Source: Candidatus Eiseniibacteriota bacterium (GTDB taxonomy: Bacteria > Eisenbacteria > RBG-16-71-46). Taken from it: DNA of 23,209 nucleotides. The stretch spans positions 1 through 23,209 of the forward strand of contig JBGAOA010000065.1 of NCBI GenBank assembly GCA_044222065.1, written 5' to 3'. A program made the position numbers and the translations under genes. Below the pieces are notes generated by a model. The model did not search any database, was not told where the DNA came from, and worked only from the letters and a program-made list of their open reading frames with translations. Positions within the stretch are counted from its first letter, which is position 1, and the number at the start of each line of letters is the position of its first letter. Of this stretch, positions 15,161 through 23,209 are shown piece by piece.

Positions 15161-17388
15161 GCTCGACGCACGAACCGAAGGCGGGGCACGCCTCGCTCGA
15201 TCTTCCGCAGCTCGCGCGCATGCTGGCGCGGCGCAAGTGGCTGCTGCTGCTGCCGTGGGCGGCGGCGACGCTCGCGGGCGTGGCGGCGGCGTTCCTGCTC
15301 CAGCCGATCTACTTCAGCGGCGTGAAGCTGCGGCTCGAGCGCGCGACCAAGCTCGCGGGGCCGCTCGGCGGCATCGTCGGCGACGGCAGCGCGGCGGACC
15401 AGCAGGCCGAGGTGATGCGCAGCCAGGTGCAGAGTTCGCTGTTCCTGCGCGGCGTCATCACGGCGAGCGGCGTGCTCTCCGACCCGGCGACGCGCGCCTG
15501 GGCGAAGAAGGAATCGCGCGTCGCGACGGGGGCGAGCGAGGACGAGGCGCTCGAGGGCTACCTCGTCGAATACCTGCGCCAGGCGGTGAGCGTGCGGCGG
15601 GAGCGCGGCGACGTGTTCACGATCATCGTCGGCGACTTCGCGCCGAAGCGCGCCCAGCGGCTCGCCGAGAGCGTCGCGAACCAATTCGTGATCTCGTCCA
15701 AGGCCGCGCAGATTGAGGCGGTGCGCGCGACGCAGGAGTTCAGCGTCGAGCAGCAGCAGATCTACAAGCGCAAGCTCGAGGAGGCCGTCGCGCGGCTCGA
15801 GGCGGCGAAGCGCGCCTCGATCGCGACGAGCGTCGCGGGCTCCGCGATCAACCCGAACAACCTCCTGCTCGCGCGCACGCTCACCGACCAGGCGCAGATG
15901 GAGACCGAGGACCAGCGCGGACGCGTGGCCGAGCTGCGCAGCCAGTTCGGCGGCCGCGTGCGCGACAACGACCCGGTCGCGATCTCGACGCCCGAGTCGA
16001 ACGCGCTCGTCGCGCAGCTCTCGGGCCTCGAGCGCCAGCTCGCCGCGAGCATGCTCACCGGCGCGGGCGACGGCCCCGTACGGCTCGCGATCGCGCGCAA
16101 GGTCGCCGAGCTCGAAATCGCCCTGCAGACTTCCGCGGCGAGCGCGCTGCCCGGGCTCGCGCCCGATGCGCGCGACCTCGTCGTGCGCTACCGGCTCGCG
16201 CAGGCCGACCTGCAGTCGAAGGAAGGGCGGCGCGCGTACCTCGCGGGACAGATCGCGCAGTACGAGTCCCAGGTCGTGTCGGGCCCCGACCGCGATCTTT
16301 CGATCGCCCGGCTCCAGCAGGACGTGGACAACGCGCAGACGCTCTACAACTCGTTCCTCACCCAGTCGGTCGCCTCGCAGATCTCGGAAGCGTTCGAGAA
16401 CGCGCGGCTGTCGGGCCGCTTCTCGGTGCTCGAGCCCGCGAACCTGCCGACCTCGCCGGGCAAGCCGAACCGGCCGGTCCTGATCCTGCTCGCGTTCCTC
16501 GCGGGCGCGATGGTCGGCGTCGGCGCGGTCGTGGTCGTCGAACAGCACGACCAGTCCATGAAGGACGCGGACGAGGTCGAGAACCTGCTCGGGCTGCCCG
16601 TGCTCGGCGCCGTGCCGCGCGTCGAGGAGCTCGAACGCGACCGCCGCCGTCCGCGCGGGACGCCGGGCCTGCCCGCGCCGCGCGACGCCGGGCTGCTGCA
16701 GCGGCTGCAGGTCGAATCGTCGCTCGGGCTCGAGTTCCGGCGCATCTACCTGAACCTCGCCCGCGCCCGCGCCCGCGCGATGCCGCGCACGCTGCTCGTG
16801 ACGAGCGCGACCCGCGGCGAGGGCAAGACGACGACGAGCGCGTGCCTCGGCATCACGCTCGCGCGCGAGATGCGCGAGCGGCTGCTCGTCGTGGACTTCG
16901 ATCTCCGCAGCCCGGCGCTGCACCGCGCGCTCGGCATCCCGAGTTCGAGCTGGGGGCTCGCGCAGATGCTCCAGCAGCGCAACTTCGACGAGCGCTTCAT
17001 CCGGGGAACGGTGCTGCCGCACCTCGACTTCCTGCCCGCGGGCAAGAGCGAGCGCCCGGCCGGCGAGCTGCTCGACCACGACGGCATCGAGTGGTTCCTC
17101 AAGGAAGCTTCGGCGCGCTATCCGTACGTGCTCATCGACTCGGCGCCGAACCTCGCCGTGCCCGATTCGCTCATCCTCGGCCGCATGGTCGAAGGCGTGC
17201 TCTACGTGATCAAGGCGGGGAGCACCGTCCGCAAGGCGGCGGAATACGGCGTGCGCGTGCAGCGGGAAGCCAACGACAACGTGCTCGGCGTGCTGCTCAA
17301 CGACGCCGGCGAGATCCTGCCGACCTACTACGGCTACCGCACGAACTACTACGGCTACTCGACGGAGGCGATGGGCGGGGAGTCGTGA
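15157..17388 (+). CDS. wzc: Polysaccharide co-polymerase / BY tyrosine kinase (Wzc, PCP-2a)
   Basis: ATG at 15157 overlaps the wza stop. TM1 follows RRKW, then a coiled-coil periplasmic region and P-rich PANLPTSPGKPNR before TM2. Walker A TRGEGKT, A' VVDFDLRSP, B LIDSAP, and a C-terminal Tyr cluster TYYGYRTNYYGYS. Confidence 0.93.
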   Translation: MSSTHEPKAGHASLDLPQLARMLARRKWLLLLPWAAATLAGVAAAFLLQPIYFSGVKLRLERATKLAGPLGGIVGDGSAADQQAEVMRSQVQSSLFLRGVITASGVLSDPATRAWAKKESRVATGASEDEALEGYLVEYLRQAVSVRRERGDVFTIIVGDFAPKRAQRLAESVANQFVISSKAAQIEAVRATQEFSVEQQQIYKRKLEEAVARLEAAKRASIATSVAGSAINPNNLLLARTLTDQAQMETEDQRGRVAELRSQFGGRVRDNDPVAISTPESNALVAQLSGLERQLAASMLTGAGDGPVRLAIARKVAELEIALQTSAASALPGLAPDARDLVVRYRLAQADLQSKEGRRAYLAGQIAQYESQVVSGPDRDLSIARLQQDVDNAQTLYNSFLTQSVASQISEAFENARLSGRFSVLEPANLPTSPGKPNRPVLILLAFLAGAMVGVGAVVVVEQHDQSMKDADEVENLLGLPVLGAVPRVEELERDRRRPRGTPGLPAPRDAGLLQRLQVESSLGLEFRRIYLNLARARARAMPRTLLVTSATRGEGKTTTSACLGITLAREMRERLLVVDFDLRSPALHRALGIPSSSWGLAQMLQQRNFDERFIRGTVLPHLDFLPAGKSERPAGELLDHDGIEWFLKEASARYPYVLIDSAPNLAVPDSLILGRMVEGVLYVIKAGSTVRKAAEYGVRVQREANDNVLGVLLNDAGEILPTYYGYRTNYYGYSTEAMGGES

Positions 17389-17424
17389 CGCCCCGCGCAT
17401 CCCGCCCACCACGAGGGAGACGCG

Positions 17425-18963
17425 GTGCGTAGCGTCCGGGTCCTCAAGAACGTCGTCACGAACTATCTCCGGTTCGTCCTGAGCGGCGTGATCGGCTTCG
17501 TGATCACGCCGATCATGGTCCGGGGCCTCGGCGACCGCGACTACGGGCTGTGGGTCACGGTGTTCTCGCTGACGGGCTACTTCGGCCTGTTCGACCAGGG
17601 CCTGCGCCCGTCGCTCGTCCGCTACCTGTCGCGCGATCACGCGCGCGGCGACGAGGACGGCCTGTCGCGCACGGTGAACACCGCGCTCGCGCTGTTCGGC
17701 GGCGTCGGCGGCCTCGTGCTGGTCGCCTCGGTCGTCGTCGCGGCGAACTTCTCGGCGTGGTTCCGCGTGGACCCGGCGCGCTCGGCCGAGATGGCGCAGG
17801 TCGTGCTCGTCGCGGGCGCGTCGGTCGCGGTCGGCTTCCCGTTCGGCGTCTACGGCGCCGTGCTCTCGGGGCTTCAGCGCTACGACATCGGCAACGGCAT
17901 CGGCGTGCTCGTCGCGCTGCTGCGCGCGGTCGCGTTCGTGGTCGTGCTCAAGACCGGCGGCGGACTCGTCGAACTCGCGTGGGCGTCGCTCGCGATGAAC
18001 CTGCTCGGTCACGCGCTGTCGTGGTGGTACGCGCACCGGCTGCTGCCGAAGCTGCGCTACGGCGCGGCGTTCGTGTCGCGCGAGTACTTCGGGCTCATCG
18101 GCTCGTACTCGAGCGTCGCGTTCCTCGGCGCGCTCGCGATGAGCATCGCGTTCCAGACCGACTCGCTCGTCATCACCCGCATGCTCGGGGCCGCGCTCGT
18201 GACGCCGTTCGCGATCGCGTCGGGGCTCGTCGAGAACGCGCGCTCGCTCGTGCACTCGGCCACGTTCGTGCTGTCGCCGACCGCGAGCGAGATGGAGGCG
18301 AAGGGCGAGGCGGACCGCCTGCACGATCTGCTCATCACCGGCTCCAAGTACTCGGTGCTCGTGAGCTGGCCGGTCCTGTTCGGGCTGTGCTTCTTCGGCG
18401 ATGCGTTCCTGCGCGCCTGGGTCGGGGCCGACCTCGCGCGCGCCGCGTTCCCCGTGCTTCTCACGCTCACGCTGCCGACGTTCCTCTCGCTGCCCGAGGC
18501 GACCGCGTCGGCGCTGCTCTTCGGCGTGAGCCGTCACCGCGGCGTCGTCGCGCTGTCGCTCACGAACGCGCTGCTGAACCTCGCGCTGTCGGTGTGGTGG
18601 GCGAAGCCGCTCGGCATCGTCGGCGTGGCGCTCGGCACCGCGGTGCCGCTCGTGCTCGTCGCCGGCGTCGCGACGATGGTGTACGCGTGCCGCGCGCTCG
18701 CGCTGCCGATCCGCCGCTACGCGTGGGAGGGCCTCGTGCAGCCGGGCCTCGTCGGCGCGGCGTTCGTGCCGCCCGCGCTCGCGCTCCGCTTCCTGTGGCG
18801 CCCCGAGGGCTGGGTGCCGGTGCTCGCCGCGTGCGCGCTGTGCTGGCTCGCGTTCGCGTTCGTCGCGTGGCGCTACGGCATCGGGCCGCGCGAGCGCGGC
18901 CGCTGGGGCCGCGCGCTCGCCGGACTCTTCGGCCGGGCGCCCGCCGCCGTGGGAGGGGCGTGA
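17425..18963 (+). CDS. wzx: Oligosaccharide flippase (Wzx/MOP family)
   Basis: KNVVTNY...ITPIMVRGLGDRDYGLW...DQGL...RY, TDSLVI..MLG, NLALS....PLGIVGVALGT; about 12-14 TMs; operon context. Confidence 0.88.
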   Translation: MRSVRVLKNVVTNYLRFVLSGVIGFVITPIMVRGLGDRDYGLWVTVFSLTGYFGLFDQGLRPSLVRYLSRDHARGDEDGLSRTVNTALALFGGVGGLVLVASVVVAANFSAWFRVDPARSAEMAQVVLVAGASVAVGFPFGVYGAVLSGLQRYDIGNGIGVLVALLRAVAFVVVLKTGGGLVELAWASLAMNLLGHALSWWYAHRLLPKLRYGAAFVSREYFGLIGSYSSVAFLGALAMSIAFQTDSLVITRMLGAALVTPFAIASGLVENARSLVHSATFVLSPTASEMEAKGEADRLHDLLITGSKYSVLVSWPVLFGLCFFGDAFLRAWVGADLARAAFPVLLTLTLPTFLSLPEATASALLFGVSRHRGVVALSLTNALLNLALSVWWAKPLGIVGVALGTAVPLVLVAGVATMVYACRALALPIRRYAWEGLVQPGLVGAAFVPPALALRFLWRPEGWVPVLAACALCWLAFAFVAWRYGIGPRERGRWGRALAGLFGRAPAAVGGA

Positions 18964-18964
18964 C

Positions 18965-19953
18965 GTGAAGGTGACGCTCGCGATCACGGCGTACAACGCC
19001 ACGTGGTGCATCGAACGCGCGCTCGACAGCGTGTTCGCGCAGACGCGCCTTCCGGACGAGATCCTCGTCGCCGACGACGGCTCCACCGACGGCACGCCGG
19101 AACTCGTCGAGCGCCGCTACGGCGCGCGCGTGAAGCTGCTGCGCCTGCCGCACGGCGGCCTCACGAAGAGCCGGCGCGCGTCGTTCGCCGCGGCCACGGG
19201 CGACTGGATCGCGCCGCTCGATGCGGACGACTGGTGGAAGCCGGCCAAGCTCGAACGCCAGCTCGAATTCCTCGCTCGCCATCCGGAGGTGCGCTGGTGC
19301 ACGACCGATGGCGAGTACGTCGCCGCCGAGGGCGTGCTGCGCGCGTCGTGGCTCGCCGACTACTTCGATCCGCTCGCCGACCGCACGGGCGACCTGCTCG
19401 CGCCGCTCGCCCAGCGCTGCTTCCCGCTCGTGAGTTCGATGCTCGTCGAGCGCGGCGCGTACGAGGCGGTGGGCGGTTTCGACACGCGCTTCGCGTGGTC
19501 GCAGGACTACGACCTGTGGCTGCGGCTCGCGGCCCGCTTCCCGGGCGGCGTGCTCGCGGAGCCGCTCATCGGCTACTGGTCCAGCCCCGGGCAGCTTTCG
19601 CGCCGCGTGGACGCGCGCTTCGCCGACGACCTCGCGCTCATGGAGCGGCTCGCGAGCGGCGCGCTGCGCGACGACCCGGTGATCCGCCGCACGGGCGCCG
19701 AGCGCGCGGCGGCGCTCGAGTACGAGCTCGCGATCCTCGTCCTGCGCGACGGCCGCGCGGCCGAGGCGAGCGCTTCGCGCGCGCCGCGCGCTCGGGCCTG
19801 GGGCGTGCTGCTCGTCTCGGCGCTCGCGGCCGCGCTCCCGCGCCGCTGCTCGCGCGGCTCGCGGCGTCGCGCGCGTTGCGCCGCGCCGCTTCCGACGTGC
19901 GCCGGCCGCTCGCGCCCGTGGATCGCGGCGCGCCGCCGGGAGAGAGCGCGTGA
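18965..19953 (+). CDS. Glycosyltransferase family 2, with apparent frameshift(s) near the C-terminus (19765-19840)
   Basis: ITAYN, LDSVFAQT, ADDGSTDGT, GDWIAPLDADDWW, GGFD and SQDYDLWLRL lie in the frame starting at 18965. The plausible C-terminus (PAPLLARLAAS...PGESA*) is in the -1 frame and ends at the GTGA overlap with the next gene. Confidence 0.82.
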
Positions 19954-20957
19954 GCGCCGCGTTCGAATTCGCGGTCTGCGTGCCGTCGCACGACGGCATG
20001 CCCGACGTCCTGGACGGGCTCGCCTCGGCGCTCGATCAGACGCATGCGCCCGCCGAGGTCGTGCTCGTGGACGACGCGTCCTCGGACGGCACGGCGGCGG
20101 CGGTCGCGGCACGCTTTGGCGACCGCGTTCGCGTCGTCCCGGGACGCTTCGGATCGGCCGCGGCCGCACGCAACGCCGCGTGGCGCGCCGCGCGCGCGCC
20201 GTGGATCGCGTTCCTCGACGCCGACGACCTGTGGCGCGCCGACAAGCTCGCGACCGCGGCGGCGCTGCTCGGGCGCCACCCCGAGTGCGCGTGGTTCTTC
20301 TCGGACGGCGCGTTCCGCACGCTCGAAGGCCGGACGATGCCGTCGTGGATCGAGCAGTACGGCGAACTCGAGGACGGCTACGTCGGCTCGCCGCTGCCCG
20401 CGCTGTTCGAAGTGAACTTCGTGCTGACGTCGTCGGTCGTCGCGCGCCGCGACGCGCTCGAGGCGCTCGGCGGGTTCCGCGAGGACATGACGCACGCCGA
20501 GGACATCGAGCTGTGGATCCGGCTCGCGCGGCGCGCGCCCGCGTGCGCGTCGGCGCAGCCGCTCGTGCGCTACCAGCACCGCCCCGGCGGCCTCACGCGC
20601 CAGCTCGAGCGCCGGCTGACGGGCAGCGCGACGCTGTTCGAGCGGCTCGCCGCGGATTCGGGCTTCGATCCCGCGCTGCGGCGCGCCGCGCGCCGCCGCG
20701 CCGCGCTCGCGCGCCACAAGCTCGCGGTCGCAGCGCTTCGCGAAGGCCGCGGCGCGGACGCCCGAGCCGAACTCGCCCGCGCGTGGCTGTTCCCGGAGCG
20801 CGCGCTGCCGACCGCGGCGCTCTGGGGCGCGAGCCTGCTGCCGCACGCGCTGCTCCAGCGGCTGCGCTCCGAAGCGTCGCTCAAGCGCCAGGTCGTCGCG
20901 CCGATGGGGCGTCACCGCCGGATCGTCGTGCGTGCTTCCGGAGGGCACGTCTCGTGA
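19950..20957 (+). CDS. Glycosyltransferase family 2
   Basis: VPSHD, LASALDQT, VDDASSDGT, ARNAA, WIAFLDADDLW, SSVVARR, GGFRE, EDIELWIRL; GTGA overlaps at both ends. Confidence 0.92.
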   Translation: MSAAFEFAVCVPSHDGMPDVLDGLASALDQTHAPAEVVLVDDASSDGTAAAVAARFGDRVRVVPGRFGSAAAARNAAWRAARAPWIAFLDADDLWRADKLATAAALLGRHPECAWFFSDGAFRTLEGRTMPSWIEQYGELEDGYVGSPLPALFEVNFVLTSSVVARRDALEALGGFREDMTHAEDIELWIRLARRAPACASAQPLVRYQHRPGGLTRQLERRLTGSATLFERLAADSGFDPALRRAARRRAALARHKLAVAALREGRGADARAELARAWLFPERALPTAALWGASLLPHALLQRLRSEASLKRQVVAPMGRHRRIVVRASGGHVS

Positions 20958-22396
20958 CGACGACCCCCCGGCCGATGCGTCCGGCCCCGGTCGGCACGGT
21001 GCGCGAGGAGGCGCGCCGCGGCGCCCGCTCGCTCGTCGCGAGCCTGATGCCGATTCTCGGCATCGGCGCCGCGCTGTTCGCGGTCGGACTGTTCGTGCTG
21101 CTCGACTACGGCTTCGACCAGGATCCGCACCGGCTCATCAAGATCCTCGGCGCGGTCGCGCTCGTCGCGGGCATCCTGTCGCGCCCGCAGTTCGGCCTGC
21201 TCGCGCTGCCGGTGCTGACGCCGTTCCTCGGGTGGATGCCGAAGGTGCCGATCCCGGGCGTCAATCCGCTGAACATCCTCGTGTTCTCGGTGTTCGCGTC
21301 GTTCGCGATCGCGCGCGTGCTCCGGCGCGAGGCGGTGTTCCGGCGCGGCAAGCTCGACGGCTGGCTCATCACGCTCGTCGTGATGGCCGCGATCTCGGTC
21401 GTGCGCGGCGCCGCGTTCCCGACGGGGTTCACGTACAACGCCGCGGATGCGGCGACGCAGGTGTTCCGCTGCAGCATGACGTTCACGACGTATTTCATCG
21501 CGCTCGCGATGGTCCGCAGCGGCGCCGAGCGCAAGCGCCTCGGCTGGGCGATCGTCGTCGGGCTCGTCGCCGAGGCGGCGGTCACGATCGCGTACGGGCG
21601 CATCGGCAAGGGCGGGCGCGCGGTCGGCTCGTACGGCCAGTCGAACGACCTCGGCGCGTTCCTCGCGCTCTTCAGCGTGTTCGCGATCGCGATCGCGGCC
21701 GGCGTGCGGCCGTGGTGGCAGAAGGCGCTGCTGTTCGGCGCCACGGTGACGGGCAGCGTCGCCGTGCTGCTGACCGTGTCGCGCGGCGCGATCATCGCGC
21801 TCGTCGTCGGCATCGCCTACGTCGCGCTGCGCACGTCGCGGCTGCTGACGTTCGTGCTCGTCGCGGCGCTCATCAGTTCGCCGCTCTGGACGCCGGACTA
21901 CGTGAAAGAGCGCATCCTCGGCACGCAGATCGAGGACGTCGGCACGGACGACGTCACGCTCGAGTCCAGCTCCCAGCTGCGCGTGGACACGTGGCGCGCG
22001 ATCGTGGACGTCGTGACGGAGCACCCGATCGACGGCGTCGGCTTCACCGGGCTCGGCTACGTGCTGCCCGAGGCCGGCAGCGCGATGGGCGTCGCCGTGA
22101 AGGATTCCGCGCACAGCACCTACCTGCGATTCCTCGGCGAGCTCGGCGTGTTCGGCCTCGCGCTGTTCCTGCTGCTGCTGTGGAAGTGCTGGTCGCTCGG
22201 CGCTGCGGGCGAGGCGGCGTCCGCGACGGCGTTCGACCGGCACCTCGGCATCGGCCTGCGCGCGGCGACGCTCGTGCTCGCGCTGTGCTGCGCGTTCGGC
22301 GACCGGTTCTTCCCGATCATCATCACGGGCAACTTCTGGATGCTGTGCGCGCTCGTGAACTCGCGCGTCGTCGAGCGCGCGGAGGAGACGGCGTGA
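20954..22396 (+). CDS. O-antigen ligase / Wzy polymerase family membrane protein
   Basis: GTG at 20954 after GGAGGG, in the distal part of ORF 18965..22396. About 11-12 TMs with SNDLG, TVSRGA, SSQLRVDTW, HPIDGVG and AHSTYLRFLGELGVFGL. Confidence 0.87.
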   Translation: MTTTPRPMRPAPVGTVREEARRGARSLVASLMPILGIGAALFAVGLFVLLDYGFDQDPHRLIKILGAVALVAGILSRPQFGLLALPVLTPFLGWMPKVPIPGVNPLNILVFSVFASFAIARVLRREAVFRRGKLDGWLITLVVMAAISVVRGAAFPTGFTYNAADAATQVFRCSMTFTTYFIALAMVRSGAERKRLGWAIVVGLVAEAAVTIAYGRIGKGGRAVGSYGQSNDLGAFLALFSVFAIAIAAGVRPWWQKALLFGATVTGSVAVLLTVSRGAIIALVVGIAYVALRTSRLLTFVLVAALISSPLWTPDYVKERILGTQIEDVGTDDVTLESSSQLRVDTWRAIVDVVTEHPIDGVGFTGLGYVLPEAGSAMGVAVKDSAHSTYLRFLGELGVFGLALFLLLLWKCWSLGAAGEAASATAFDRHLGIGLRAATLVLALCCAFGDRFFPIIITGNFWMLCALVNSRVVERAEETA

Positions 22397-23209
22397 ACGG
22401 CCGCCTCGTCCGCTGGCTCGCGAGCCTCGCGCACCGCGAACGCACTCGCGCGCGCCCGGGGTTGACGATCGTCCGCCACCACCGCGTGTACGCCGACGGC
22501 GAGCGGCCGCTCTACCGGCTCGGCGTGGCCGAACGCGTGCTCGAAGCGCAGGTCGCGCTGCTCGCGCGCGCGGGGCGCGCGCCGCTCACGGTCGCCGAGG
22601 GGCTCGCGCGGCTCGCCGAGGGCCGCCCGGGACACGCGGTCGCGTTCACGTTCGACGACGGCTACCGGGACAACGTCACGCGCGCGCTTCCGATCCTCGA
22701 GCGCCACGGCGCGCGGGCGACGTTCTACCTGACGGCCGGGCTCATGGACGAGGGGCGCGCGCCGTGGTGGGACGTGCTCGTCCACGCGCTCGAGCGCGCC
22801 GCGAAGCCGCGCGCGCGCGTCGAGTTCGGCAGAGTGGCCGTCGCGATCGAAGCCGACTCGCCGGCGGGACGCGCCGCCGCGCTGCGCGCGATCCTGCCCC
22901 TTCTGCGCGTGCCGCTCGCCGAGCAGGACGCCCGGCTCGAGCGGCTGCGGGACGCGCTCGGCGTGCGCGAGCCCGCGCCCGCGGAATGGGCGTCGTGGGA
23001 GGAGGCCGCGCGCTTCCTCGAGCGCGGCATGGAGGTCGGCGCCCACACGCTGCACCACCCGTACCTGAGCCTCCATCTGCCCGAGTCGCAGCGCGAGGAG
23101 ATCGCGGGGTCCGTCGAACGCATCGAGCGCCGGCTCGGCTCGCGTCCGGCCGGGCTCGCCTATCCCGGCGGCGACCACGACGCGGTCACGATCGCCGCGT
23201 GCGACGCGA
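22393..23209 (+). CDS. Polysaccharide deacetylase (CE4/NodB), 3' end beyond the window edge
   Basis: Manual translation from GTG at 22393 (SD GGAGGAG; GTGA overlap): MNGRLVRW...IVRHHRV...AFTFDDGYRDN...ALPILERHGARATFYL...EVGAHTLHHPYL...LAYPGG. Confidence 0.92.
   Translation, partial: MNGRLVRWLASLAHRERTRARPGLTIVRHHRVYADGERPLYRLGVAERVLEAQVALLARAGRAPLTVAEGLARLAEGRPGHAVAFTFDDGYRDNVTRALPILERHGARATFYLTAGLMDEGRAPWWDVLVHALERAAKPRARVEFGRVAVAIEADSPAGRAAALRAILPLLRVPLAEQDARLERLRDALGVREPAPAEWASWEEAARFLERGMEVGAHTLHHPYLSLHLPESQREEIAGSVERIERRLGSRPAGLAYPGGDHDAVTIAACDA

Noticed and set aside
11343..19095. Long minus-strand ORFs (934 aa and 1319 aa) and similar Arg/Ala-rich alternative-frame ORFs throughout
   Set aside because: They are expected from stop-codon scarcity in high-GC DNA, show no recognisable motifs, and lie opposite well-supported genes.
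18965..22396. 1143-aa ORF as a real GT2-O-antigen ligase fusion
   Set aside because: Its middle is Arg-rich off-frame sequence overlapping a clear GT2 (19950-20957). The ligase part has its own SD and GTGA-coupled start at 20954, so a frameshift explains the ORF.
1..23209. CRISPR arrays, IS elements, prophage or defence genes
   Set aside because: No regularly spaced direct repeats and no transposase, integrase or phage motifs were found by eye; nearly all bases are accounted for by the listed genes.

Overview
Very GC-rich bacterial chromosomal DNA. The FlgD-Ig-like C-terminal domain, the gingipain/FG-GAP architecture and the composition suggest an FCB-related lineage such as Candidatus Eisenbacteria, but this is inference only. 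In order, the window holds: the 5' part of a UvrD/PcrA-like helicase (minus strand); a divergent orphan family-5 solute-binding lipoprotein; a ~1570-aa secreted C25 (gingipain-like) protease with Ig, FN3, FG-GAP and CTD domains; gltX followed by tRNA-Gln(CTG) and tRNA-Glu(CTC), each with its own promoter and hairpin; a GT-C-type membrane glycosyltransferase; a small membrane-anchored beta-repeat protein (minus strand); and a Wzx/Wzy-type polysaccharide operon that runs off the right edge. That operon comprises a CapD/PglF dehydratase fused to a monotopic phosphoglycosyl transferase-like domain, a Wza-like OPX protein, Wzc, Wzx, two GT2s (the first frameshifted), a Wzy/WaaL-type protein and a CE4 deacetylase. 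The most notable points are the dehydratase-PGT fusion with degenerate PGT motifs (DELPQ to DALPY, KFRSM lost) and an Arg-rich insert, three apparently leaderless genes, a ~285-nt operon leader, and a possible link between the C25/CTD protein and the glycan machinery. No mobile element or CRISPR array was seen.
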